NCBI GenBank assembly: GCA_950097015.1
Contig: CATNEN010000033.1
Coordinates: 4,898,001-4,962,000, forward strand
Direction of reading: 5' to 3'
DNA: 64,000 bases
Source of the DNA: Macrostomum hystrix
Lineage: Eukaryota > Animalia > Platyhelminthes
Positions 1-11,718 of this stretch are shown here, piece by piece. How positions within the stretch are numbered: position 1 is the first letter of the stretch; the number at the start of each line of letters is the position of its first letter. The translations under genes were made by a program, and so were the position numbers. The notes beneath the pieces are model-generated. The model did not search any database. It saw nothing but the letters and a program-made list of their open reading frames with translations, and was not told the origin of the DNA.

Positions 1-1453
1 TACAAATACACCCCGACACTTTTATTTCTATTTCAATTAGTGTAAGGGTCGGTATTACTTTACCTGTTTGTCGGTTTGCAAGATATTATATTTTTGTGAT
101 TGCAATTATATTGCACACATATATCTTCTGAGAGTTTCGCTTTGGCGAAGTACTTTATAAAGCTCGGTTGATAATGCTATACTCTAATTTTCCACTTCAT
201 CAGAAAATTCAATCTAATTCATGCAAAAATTTGGAAAGAATGATGGTCGGAAACACTTACAGAGTCGTAATAACGCACATAAATATTGTACATCAGTAAT
301 TCAAGCCCAACAAAAAATACTTATTTTGCTCTCGTACGAGCCGTGATAAAGTTAACTAACTTTCAGTAAACTTTCAGTAAAATGTTCAGTACCGGAAATG
401 ATATGTAGACTGCAGCGTTCAACAAACGCAAATGAAAATTACATTGAACGGGTTTTTGCATCGTAATGGAACTTATCCTTAAATGAAATTGTACCTTCCT
501 TAGAATCCAAATCATTTGCTTGTACACGGCACATAAGACGGGAACAATATTTAGGCCAATTATTACTTTAAAATCTTTATTGAATCCAAGATTCTGAGCC
601 AGATAATGCATTTTTTGGTTTGTTGATAACTTTATTTAAATATGACATCATAGGTCTAGGAATAACAAAATAAAATATTTCTGTACTTGCTTAATGTTTT
701 TTAGTAACCCTAAGTTTTTCTGTCTCTGTCTGACAGAAATTCTTGCTACTTGGTTAATTATTTGGCCATTTAGAGACGATAAGTTGGATAAAAGCTATCT
801 GACAAATCAGATAGGTCTATCTACTATTATAATAGGTTTTGTTAAAATTATTTAGATCCAGGTTTGTTTATTATCCAGCTAATTTGATATTTTGACTTAG
901 TTATATAATTTATTATCACCATTTTAGAATCAAATAAATTTTTGATAGGTATTAAAATGTATAATTTTAGGTCATGCATATGTACCGTTATAAACAAGCA
1001 GCGTAAAATGGCTAGGTCCCTGTTATTAACAATGACTAAGCTAGAGTAACCTGATTATACAGCAGTAGCTACTTAACAAAATAGTAATAGTTTAAGCAAA
1101 CAAAAAGTAAGCTATTGCTATTGCCTTTTAGTTTATTTTTTGCTTATAGAAATAAAAATAATATAGAAAAACTGTACAATCAATATGACAGTATCTAGAG
1201 TTTGTCAAGAAAATAGATATGATAAATTCTAGCTGGCTATTATAATTTTATATAATATAATGTTTGCTTGACATAGTCTAGATACTGACCCTGTAATATC
1301 TATAATATACCTCACTAAGTGAAGCATGTGTATTAAAAGGCTTATGGACCAACTTTGAAAGAACAATTCTACTTAAAACTAGCTGAATAAGCATAGGCCT
1401 ATAATCGGCTTATGTAATATAACCCAAATATAAGAAACCATGGACATTGTACC

Positions 1454-4400
1454 TAGGGGTCCCAAATCCCGGACATTTTACAATCCCGGGATCCCGGACA
1501 AAAAAATGACCCAATCCCGGGATCCCGGGCCAATCCCGGGATTGAACAAACAAATTTACCGGAAGCTTTACATTGTCCAAAAAACAAATTTCTCAACCAA
1601 TTGAGCATCATTCGGGTTTCTTTCTACTTTCCAGCTTACACTGCATTGATAAAAGAGTTAAAGATAGTTCATATCACTTTTCCTTGGTCACTTATTTCTT
1701 GTTGTCACAATTGTCACATTCCTTCCTTCCATCGATGGATTCGATGCAATATATTTCCATCCATATTTCCATTTCCAAGTACATAGAATTGACATTTGAT
1801 TTGACACTATAGCAGTCAGCACGCAAGCTACTTTTTGTGGTCAGCAAAGTGGGCTCTCAGCAGGGCAAGCTTGGAGAGTGTCGTGTCGCTCAGCTTGGAC
1901 CTCACTTTCGTCAGGAGGATGCCTGCAGCGGAAAAGGCACGCTCAGCTTCGACACTGGTTGCTGGAATGGCAATCAGTGATCGGTACAGCAGCTGTAGCA
2001 TCTCCCCTCGCTGACCTGTAGCCCGCAGGAATTCCAGCTCACGCCCAACCCTTTCTTCAATGGAATTTGCCCTGTCCAGCAGGACTTCTTGGCCTGAGTG
2101 CCGGCCCTCCAACGCCAGTCGCAGTCGTTCCTCCATTGTTGCCTGAGGTGCGCTGCTGACGATCTCCTTGTTGGTTCCAATTTCCACGCAATCAACTGCC
2201 TGTGGATCTTTGCTGGGACTGGCGCCCAATTTCAACTTGTCTGCCATCGAGACAAGAAGATACTTCGCAGCGTTGAACTCGGAGATTGTCTTCGTCTGTC
2301 CGCCACGTGATAGGACATTCACGGCGATGGTGATGCTGCTTCTTCGCTCGCTGATGCGACTCTCCAGCGCGTGGTCAAGTTGCTTGGACAGGGATGAGTC
2401 CAGTCCCTTCAGCTCTTCAATTGCGAATCCAACGGCAGCTTCAGCCATGCTCAGGTTGCAATCACGCCGGGACAATGTCCGGATGATCAGCTCCAGCGGT
2501 TTCAATGCATCTGCCACTTCCTTCGCCTGCTCGACAGTCTGCTGCGTAAATGGCAGTGGCATCTCCAAGCACACGAGTGCCTTGTGCACTTGTTTATGCA
2601 GCAGGACAAAGCGTTCCATCATTGACACAAGGGAGTTCCACCGCGTCGGTGTGTCAAGTAACAGTGACAGTTCCTTTCCAAAATCATCCTTCACAAACTC
2701 CTGGCACAGCTTATCATTGCGAACAGGGCTGCAGCGAAACAGCTTCACGATTCCCCTGACAATCTTCACTGTATTCAACAGTTCTTTCGTCAAGGGCCTC
2801 GGGGGTGCAATTGGCTGATCAAAGTTCACTGCGCTTGCCTCATCATCATGCTCCTCCTCATCCTCACTGACACTGTCGCTGTCGGTATTGCTGCCCTCAG
2901 TGTTGTGATGATGACCATCCGTATCAAAGGCCTGCTCCTTCTCACTGGATGGCTTTTTGTACAGGACGTCGCAAACAGCAAGATGCACACCATGAGCATA
3001 GCACAGTTGGTGCTCAAAATCGACCGACCGTCCAAACTTCCGCATCAGCGAAGCTCCATCGGTCGTGCAGGCCGTGATGTCCTTAGCATTGAGCCCGAAC
3101 TCGGAAATGCGTTGCATCAACATGTCTTTGAGACGATCAGCTGGCAGAGATCCGGTAACTCGAACCAGCCCAAGATTGTAGACAGTGCAGTCTGACAGAT
3201 GAATGTTGATGTTCAGATAGCGCTTGTTATTCACACCGGTCCATTCGTCCAAACTGAGTGCAAAGCGCTCACCTGTCATATTAGTTATTGTTATTGAACA
3301 ATATATTTTGTATTCAATTATTTATTTATGGATTACTTGTAATGCCTTAACAATTTTCACGAGCTCACCTTGATCCCGACGCTGCAGGAGATCATCGCGA
3401 ATTCTGCTCTCAACTGAGGCAGCAAAATCCATCACTTGCGAGCGAATGGTAGTTGCTGAGTTTGGCACGTGAATGCCCCCGAGCTGCCAGTCCAGCTCGC
3501 AGGTCATGCGACGTCACGAAGACTTGAAATGGAATGCCATCCTTGGCAACCATTCGCGAGAACACCAGGGCCGCATCGTCCTTCCTTGATGGAAAATAGT
3601 CCGTGACCAAACGTCGTGCCTTATTTTGTGTCTTGGCTTGTTGCAGTTGCACTTGATGGGGACGCTCATTTTGTTCAGTTGCACTTGCACCAGAAGGACG
3701 AGGCCCAGGGCCAGCAGATAGAACTGCAGCTGCAGCAGGAGGCTCTGACATTCCCACATGAGCAGCAGACAAATCATTACTTTTAGTTTCACTTTCAGTT
3801 TCAGGCTTCATGATGGTTTCGCTTGTGCCATTTGGGTCAATATTATGGCGCGTTCGAAGATGTGTCAGTAGGCCTTTGGTTGACCCCCCCTTTGGTGGAA
3901 ATTGTATACGAACAAATCGTACAGCGTGCTTCTTCGCCAAAAAGCTTGTCAAAATACTTCCAAGCTTTTGACTTTAAAAGCGTTGACATTCCTTTTCAGT
4001 TGCAAATTGCAATTGTTCAATGTTGTTAACTTTATTTGTTTTGTATTTTGCTGCTTGTTTGTATCGTTGATTCAAAAAAATGTATTGCTTGCGTTGCCAC
4101 TGCCAGTTTCCTTCCAGTTGTTTATCATTTCTATACAAGTTAAATTTTATAGGGATAACCCACCCCAAGGTCATGACTCATGAGTCTTGGCTTTCTAATC
4201 CTTGTGCGATGTTCAGCAGTGTTCAGTGTTCACTATCCATGTACAGTTGTACATACATACTAAACAACACCCTCCTCACCCCTTGGATTAGAAGGTTAGA
4301 AATTAGAACTGCATACGCTGCGCTGGTGCCTCTGCCCCCAACACAGACAACCTCACGCACACAGAGGCGCAGACTCAGCAGAACCCAGTCCCCACCCCAC

Positions 4401-4625
4401 CCCACCCCCTTTTTCTGCCTCATTTCTTTTCCTTAGTTGCGGGCGTTCGGCGTGGCCCGGGCCAGTGGGCCCAGTCACCCCAGTGTCCATCTAGGCCATC
4501 GGCCATCGCCATGTGAATTCCAATCCCGTGTTTACCGGGATCCCGGACCCCTAATCCCGGGATCTCGAACACTAACAAAAAGCCGGGATCCCGGGGATCC
4601 CGGGATCCCGGGATTGGGACCCCTA
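1454..4625 (-). mobile_element. hAT-superfamily DNA transposon, full length (3172 bp)
   Basis: TIRs TAGGGGTCCCAA at 1454 and TTGGGACCCCTA ending at 4625. Perfect 8-bp TSD ATTGTACC at 1446-1453 and 4626-4633. Subterminal CCCGGGAT/GGGATCCCGG repeats at both ends; internal transposase. Confidence 0.97.
1828..3989 (-). CDS. hAT transposase (BED finger, DDE core, C-terminal dimerisation domain); two apparent +1 frameshifts as assembled
   Basis: ATG 3989 gives MSTLLKSKAWKYFDKLFGEEARCTICSYTISTKGG..LLTHLRTRH (BED). A GT-AG intron spans 3368-3273. Downstream motifs are FALSLDEWT, CYAHGVHL, DTPTRWNS and PATSVEAERAFSAAG. The frame breaks at a G7 run (3894-3900) and a G5 run (3476-3480). Confidence 0.92.
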
Positions 4626-4896
4626 ATTGTACCACTAATTGACAGAAAAATTGTGAAATAGATAATAGTTATTGCATGTTTCAGTCCAGATGTGAAAGCA
4701 GTTAATATTTTTATTAACTTGTTCCAGTAGGATACTATACACAGTATCTAGCAAGATTCTACATATTGTCATACTGTCACCAAATATTGTGTCATTGCCT
4801 GCAGCCCTCCTGCAATTATTATAATTATTATGGTTTATGAGTTGAGAACATATATATAGAATAGATCCAAGGCCAAGTAGCTAAGCTGAATTGTAC

Positions 4897-5313
4897 ATGT
4901 TGATCATTCAGCAGTCCAAGGCAGCCACCATAGGCAGGGCTGCTACCAAGGCGGTTCCAGTTGCCAAGTCGCTGAGCAGTTCAACCGCCAACAATTCACT
5001 GCATCATTTCAAATTTGAAATCCACGGCAAAGTACAGGGCGTGTTCTTTCGCAACCACACTGAGAAGGAGGCTAAACGACTCGGCCTCACTGGCTATGTG
5101 CTCAACACTGAGCACAAGACCGTGCTGGGCGAGGCCTGCGGACCGCCGAACAAGATGGCCGAGTTCAAGCGCTGGCTGAGCACAAAGGGCAGTCCAAAGA
5201 GTCGCATAACCAAAGCTGTGTTCACAGAGGAGGGCCCGGCATTGGCTGGAAGCTGCAACTTTTCCGGTTTTGTAGTTCGCAGATACCCTGAAAAGAGCCC
5301 GGCTCACAAATGA
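4897..5313 (+). CDS. ACYP: Acylphosphatase with N-terminal extension
   Basis: FEIHGKVQGVFFR signature, GYVLNT, GSPKSRI. First in-frame ATG is 4897; an upstream exon using the acceptor near 4910 cannot be excluded. Confidence 0.9.
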   Translation: MLIIQQSKAATIGRAATKAVPVAKSLSSSTANNSLHHFKFEIHGKVQGVFFRNHTEKEAKRLGLTGYVLNTEHKTVLGEACGPPNKMAEFKRWLSTKGSPKSRITKAVFTEEGPALAGSCNFSGFVVRRYPEKSPAHK

Positions 5314-5479
5314 CCAGACTCGGAACTCAGTGTGGAATTCCAGGAAATCCAGGACTCCAGAAATGCCAGGAATTGGCATTTTAATCTAGTTAGGGGTGTG
5401 CGTACTTTATTTTACAATTAATGCGTCTGAACATGTATTTTAAATGCTGCCGTTTCCAGCTCTGAAAGTTATAATCCCG

Positions 5480-6870
5480 AACCCTTAGACTGCCGATCCC
5501 AACCCTTAGATTGCCTACCCTAACCCTAAGATTGCCTATCCCAACCCTAAGATTGCCTACCCTAACCCTTAGACTGCCGATCCCAACCCTTAGACTGCCG
5601 ATCCCAACCCTTAGACTGCCTATCTCAACCCTAAGATTGCCTATCCCAACTCTATGATTGCCTATCCCAAATCTAAGATTGCCTATCCTAACCCTAAGAT
5701 TGCCTATCTCAACCCTAAGATTGCCTATCCCAAATCTAAGATTGCCTATCCTAACCCTAAGATTGCCTATCCCAACCCTAAGATTGCCTATCCCAACCCT
5801 AAGATTGCCTATCCCAACCCTAAGATTGCCTATCCCAACCCTAAGATTGCCTATTCCAACCATAAGATTGCCTATTCCAACCCTAAGATTGCCTATTCCA
5901 ACCCTAAGATTGCCTATCCCAACTCTAAGATTGCCTATCCCAACCATAAGATTGCCTATCCCAACCCTAAGATTGCCTATTCCAACCATAAGATTGCCTA
6001 TCCCAACCCTAAGATTGCCTATCCCAACCATAAGATTGCCTATCTCAACCCTAAGATTGCCTATCCCAACTCTATGATTGCCTATCCCAACCCTAAGATT
6101 GCCTATCCCAACCATAAGATTGCCTATCCCAACCCTAAGATTGCCTATCCCAACTCTATGATTGCCTATCCCAAATCTAAGATTGCCTATCCTAACCCTA
6201 AGATTGCCTATCTCAACCCTAAGATTGCCTATCCCAAATCTAAGATTGCCTATCCTAACCCTAAGATTGCCTATCTCAACCCTAAGATTGCCTATTCCAA
6301 CCCTAAGATTGCCTATCCCAACTCTAAGATTGCCTATCCCAACCATAAGATTGCCTATCCCAACCCTAAGATTGCCTATTCCAACCATAAGATTGCCTAT
6401 CCCAACCCTAAGATTGCCTATCCCAACCATAAGATTGCCTATCTCAACCCTAAGATTGCCTATCCCAACTCTATGATTGCCTATCCCAACCCTAAGATTG
6501 CCTATCCCAACCATAAGATTGCCTATCCCAACCCTAAGATTGCCTATCCCAACTCTATGATTGCCTATCCCAAATCTAAGATTGCCTATCCTAACCCTAA
6601 GATTGCCTATCTCAACCCTAAGATTGCCTATCCCAAATCTAAGATTGCCTATCCTAACCCTAAGATTGCCTATCTCAACCCTAAGATTGCCTATCCCAAA
6701 TCTAAGATTGCCTATCCTAACCCTAAGATTGCCTATCCCAACCCTAAGATTGCCTATCCCAACCCTAAGATTGCCTATTCCAACCCTAAGATTGCCTATC
6801 CCAACCCTAAGATTGCCTATCCCAACCCTAAGATTGCCTATCCCAACCCTAAGATTGCCTATCCCAACCA
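5480..6870. repeat. 21-bp minisatellite (CCCAACCCTAAGATTGCCTAT), ~65 copies
   Basis: Period-21 tandem array read directly; explains ORFs 5390-6871, 5654-7315 and the nested ones. Confidence 0.95.
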
Positions 6871-6892
6871 TAATATTGTCAGTCCCAACCGG

Positions 6893-7215
6893 CCAATCCT
6901 AAGACAGCTAATTCCTATCCTAAGACAGCTAATTCCTATCCTGAGACAGCTAATTCCTATCCTGAGACAGCTAATTCCTATCCTAAGACAGCTAATTCCT
7001 ATCCTGAGACAGCTAATTCCTATCCTAAGACAGCTAATTCCTATCCTAAGACAGCTAATTCCTATCCTAAGACAGCTAATTCCTATCCTAAGACAGCTAA
7101 TTCCTATCCTAAGACAGCTAATTCCTATCCTAAGACAGCTAATTCCTATCCTAAGACAGCTAATTCCTATCCTAAGACAGCTAATTCCTATCCTGAGACA
7201 GCTAATTCCTATCCT
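6893..7215. repeat. 21-bp minisatellite (ATCCTAAGACAGCTAATTCCT), ~15 copies
   Basis: Tandem array abutting the previous one with a different unit. Confidence 0.95.
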
Positions 7216-8058
7216 TAGGTTATCAATCCCAACCCTAAGGAAATCAAACAGTCACCCCAAGCATGCCCAGCTGAGTCCTGTCGTGTGCGCACGGTTGCAC
7301 AAAGGCTATCTGTGATTGAATGAATTTGCTTTAAGCATGCTTGTAGTCGTAGATTATTACTCTGCGCAGAGCTAAAAACAGCCACAGCCTTGCAGGGAAT
7401 GCTGGATCATTCGAGCAGCTTCAGACGGTTCACAGATATTAGATTGATGGAGACATAAGAACGTAGACGTTATGAGAAGATAAGTAGATGTAGGTGTGGA
7501 AAGTAGCCGGGTATTACTAATGTGTGAGTTTAAGTGCAAAACATCGAGGCAATCCCATTCAGCCTAATAGGCTTGGCTGTTTGCTTTTTGACTGTGTCAT
7601 TTTTTAACACTCGCAACATTTTTGACATTTCGATTTTTAAAAGTTTATAAATTATATTTTCTTTCCTAAGAATGAGTTTCTTGTAGAAAAAGAGTCAATT
7701 CACAACTTTTAATATAATTAGCAAAAAATAATAACGATGGCTACGCACAGGCAGAATTATAAAAAAATATTGGCCTCTAGCTCGCATGACTGCCAAATAC
7801 GCTTATGCTTTCGACTCGAACAGCAACAATAATCGCGTTATATGCTAATTATGAGTTCGCTAGTAGTATGGGTCGTTTTTCGTTTGGGTCGTTTTTCGTT
7901 TTTCAAATAAATTGAAATTTATTTTATAGAGAACTGTACAGAGTGAAAAATCTCCACTGGCTTCTTTCCTAGTTGCAGGAATTGTTCGTGGTGGCAACTC
8001 GACCTGCGATTTGTTGATCTATGGTTGACCAAAATGTGCCAAATTTAAGCAGTCGGTG

Positions 8059-11000
8059 TTACTGAGCAACTTTTAGAAAATCTGAAAGGTAATTTTGTAG
8101 CGGCATCGATTTTCTCTTCGTCGAAATAGTCCTTTATCTACACTTACCCCGCAGATTTAGAGTTATAATATGCACGCACTGGCTGTAAATTTGCGCTCAC
8201 GTCCTACGTTCAGACCGTTTCTCAGTTTTTACCTCTTTTGATAGAAAAACTCACTCCCTGCCCCTTCTGCAAGCCATCTCACTCCCTCCCTTAAATCGCC
8301 ACCTCACTCCCTGCCCCTTCTGCAAGCCATCTCACTCCCTCCCTTAAATCGCCACCTCACTCCCTGCCCCTTCTGCAAGCCATCTCACTCCCTCCCTTAA
8401 ATCGCCACCTCACTCCCTGCCCCTTCTGCAAGCCATCTCACTCCCTCCCTTAAATCGCCACCTCACTCCCTGCCCCTTCTGCAAGCCATCTCACTCCCTC
8501 CCTTAAATCGCCACCTCACTCCCTGCCCCTTCTGCAAGCCATCTCACTCCCTCCCTTAAATCGCCACCTCACTCCCTGCCCCTTCTGCAAGCCATCTCAC
8601 TCCCTCCCTTAAATCGCCACCTCACTCCCTGCCCCTTCTGCAAGCCATCTCACTTCGTGCCCTTTTGCGAGCGTCCTCACTCTTTGCCCCTTTTACGAGC
8701 CACCTCACTCTCCCTTTGACCGCCACCTCACTCCCTGCCCCTTTTGCTAGCCACCTTCCCCTCTTAGGTAACTCTTGACAGCCACCCCATCACTATTCCT
8801 ACCTCACTGCAATAATCAGTAGGTGAGAGATGAAGGGTTAGTAGGTGAGAGATGAAGGGTTAGTAGGAGGTGAGAGATGAATGGTTAGTAGGAGGTGAGA
8901 GATGAAGGTTTAGTAGGAGGTGAGAGATGAAGGGTTAGTAGGAGGTGAGAGATGAAGGGTTAGTAGGAAGTGAGAGATGAAGGGTTAGTTGGAGCTGAGA
9001 GATGAAGGATTAGTAGGAGGTGAGAGATGAAGGGTTAGTAGGAGGTGAGAGATGAAGGGTTAGTAGGAAGTGAGAGATGAAGGGTTAGTAGGAGGTGAGA
9101 GATGAAGGGTTAGTAGGAGGTGAGAGATGAAGGGTTAGTAGGAGGTGAGAGATGAAGGGTTAGTTGGAGGTGAGAGATGAAGGGTTAGTAGGAGGTAGGA
9201 GATAAAGGGTTAGTTGGAGTTGAGAGATGAAGGGTTAGTTGGAAGTGAGAGATTAAGGGTTAGTAGGAGGTGAGAGATGAAGGGTTAGTAGGAGGTGAGA
9301 GATGAAGGGTTAGTTGGAGGTGAGAGATGAAGGGTTAGTTGGAGGTGAGAGATGAAGGGTTAGTTGGAGTTGAGAGATGAAGGGTTAGTTGGAGTTGAGA
9401 GATGAAGGGTTAGTAGGAGTTGAGAGATGAAGGGTTAGCTGGAGGTGAGAGATGAAGGGTTAGTAGGAGGTGAGAGATGAAGGGTTAGTTGGAGTTGAGA
9501 GATTAAGGGTTAGTTGGAGTTGAGAGATGAAGGGTTAGCTGGAGGTGAGAGATGAAGGGTTAGTAGGAGGTGAGAGATGAAGGGTTAGTTGGAGTTGAGA
9601 GATGAAGGGTTAGTTGGAGGTGAGAGATTAAGGGTTAGTAGGAGTTGAGAGATGAAGGGTTAGTAGGAGGTGAGAGATGAAGGGTTAGTAGGAGGTGAGA
9701 GATGAAGGGTTAGTTGGAGGTGAGAGATGAAGGGTTAGTAGGAGGTGAGAGATGAAGGGTTAGTTGGAGGTGAGAGATGAAGGGTTAGTAGGAGGTGAGA
9801 GATTAAGGGTTAGTAGGAGGTGAGAGATGAAGGGTTAGTTGGAGGTGAGAGATGAAGGGTTAGTTGGAGGTGAGAGATGAAGGGTTAGTTGGAGTTGAGA
9901 GATGAAGGGTTAGTTGGAGTTGAGAGATGAAGGGTTAGTTGGAGTTGAGAGATGAAGGGTTAGTAGGAGTTGAGAGATTAAGGGTTAGCTGGAGGTGAGA
10001 GATGAAGGGTTAGTAGGAGGTGAGAGATGAAGGGTTAGTTGGAGTTGAGAGATTAAGGGTTAGTTGGAGTTGAGAGATGAAGGGTTAGCTGGAGGTGAGA
10101 GATGAAGGGTTAGTAGGAGGTGAGAGATGAAGGGTTAGTAGGAGGTGAGAGATGAAGGGTTAGTTGGAGTTGAGAGATGAAGGGTTAGTAGGAGGTGAGA
10201 GATTAAGGGTTAGTAGGAGTTGAGAGATGAAGGGTTAGTAGGAGGTGAGAGATGAAGGGTTAGTAGGAGGTGAGAGATGAAGGGTTAGTTGGAGGTGAGA
10301 GATGAAGGGTTAGTAGGAGGTGAGAGATTAAGGGTTAGTAGGAGTTGAGAGATGAAGGGTTAGTAGGAGGTGAGAGATGAAGGGTTAGTTGGAGGTGAGA
10401 GATGAAGGGTTAGTTGGAGGTGAGAGATGAAGGGTTAGTTGGAGGTGAGAGATGAAGGGTTAGTTGGAGGTGAGAGATTCTAGCATGTCTCTGCTCGGAC
10501 CGATGCTTACCCTCCCAGCTGATTTTGCCAGTCTTGTCGGTGTCCACAACCGAAACCAGCTGTTTGAGCTCCGCCTCCGTCAGTTTCATGCCAGCCTTGG
10601 CGAATCCAGATCGCAGTTGCGACTGCAGACATATGCAGTGTACATTGTATTTCTGGCATGTCACAAAAATGCAAGCGACAAAGCTTTTTTCATATTACAT
10701 GCGTCAGGAAGCCTGTCTGCTTGGTGTCCATGGCCTGGAAAGCGTCTCTCAGCAGCTGATTGAAGTCCGTTGACCTCGAATGCATGTAGCTGATGAAGTC
10801 GTCCTCTGTTATCATCCCGGTGCCTGTTGGAATGGTAGGAATAGGAACGTCTCCGTGTTTTGCTTGCGTCTTGAGGACGTAAGGTTAAGAAGTTTCAAGT
10901 AAACGAACTGATGGACATTTCCCGACCTTTTGTGTCCGCCTTCTCAACAATAGCCCGAGCGTCAGCCTCCGAGACGTCTTCGCCGATTCGTTTCATCACC

Positions 11001-11718
11001 TGGCAGAGCTCTTGCGCCGTGATGCCGCCACGGCCGGTCTTGTCTATGGTCCGGAACACCTTGCGCACCTCTGGCTTTTGGTGAAATTTGGTGGAACTGA
11101 GAGGACTAATTAGGCTCGTTTAAATTAGACTTACCCATTAGCAGCGTGACTCAAAATGGTTTTCTTATTGGTGTTTCACTTGCACATACAATCAGTGCTA
11201 CACTTTGATATCCAATCAGTGCTACACTTTGATATCCCAATCAGTGCTTCACTTGGATATCCAATCAGTGCTTCACTTGGATATCCAATCAGTGCTTCAC
11301 TTGGATATCCAATCAGTGCTACACTTTGATATCCAATCAGTGCTACACTTTGATATCCCAATCAGTGCTTCACTTGGATATCCAATCAGTGCTTCACTTG
11401 GATATCCAATCAGTGCTTCACTTGGATATCCAATCAGTGCTACACTTGGATATCCAATCAGTGCTTCACTTGGATATCCAATCAGGCTTCACTTGGATAT
11501 CCAATCAGTGCTACACTTGGATATCCAATCAGTGCTTCACTTGGATATCCAATCAGTGCTTCACTTGGATATCTAATCAGGCCTTCAGCTTAGATCCTGG
11601 TTAATGTTTTTTACAATCTTTTTTCCAGCTTGATTTACGAGTATGAAACATTTCCCTTTTCTATTCACGAGGCAAGTGGCAATAACTTACGGCTCTCGTC
11701 AAAGTGGCTTGTCGACAT
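8059..11718 (-). CDS. Calmodulin-like 4-EF-hand protein, 143 aa, 5 exons
   Basis: Exons 11718-11691, 11070-10927, 10823-10699, 10622-10511, 8081-8059; all GT-AG, phase-consistent, 432 nt in total. Protein MSTSHFDESQVRKVFRTIDKTGRGGITAQE...VDTDKTGKISWEDFLKVAQ. Confidence 0.88.
8250..8650. repeat. 53-bp minisatellite, ~7.5 copies (intronic)
   Basis: Unit CTCACTCCCTGCCCCTTCTGCAAGCCATCTCACTCCCTCCCTTAAATCGCCAC; degenerate continuation to ~8760. Confidence 0.93.
8820..10478. repeat. 25-bp minisatellite (GGAGGTGAGAGATGAAGGGTTAGTA), ~66 copies (intronic)
   Basis: Period-25 array inside the last intron of the calmodulin-like gene. Confidence 0.96.
11200..11583. repeat. 24-bp minisatellite (ATCAGTGCTTCACTTGGATATCCA), ~16 copies (intronic)
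   Basis: Tandem array in intron 1 of the calmodulin-like gene. Confidence 0.93.

Noticed and set aside
1-1445. AT-rich left flank with short ORF 363-611 and a minus-strand donor near 260
   Set aside because: No recognisable product and too little context at the window edge.
5390-7315. 493-aa and 553-aa ORFs
   Set aside because: Translations of stop-free 21-bp tandem repeats; open on both strands with no splice or domain context.
8082-8180. Extra GTAAGT donor at ~8146 suggesting an alternative penultimate exon of the calmodulin-like gene
   Set aside because: Including it shifts the frame and destroys the EF4 exit helix; unsupported without cDNA.
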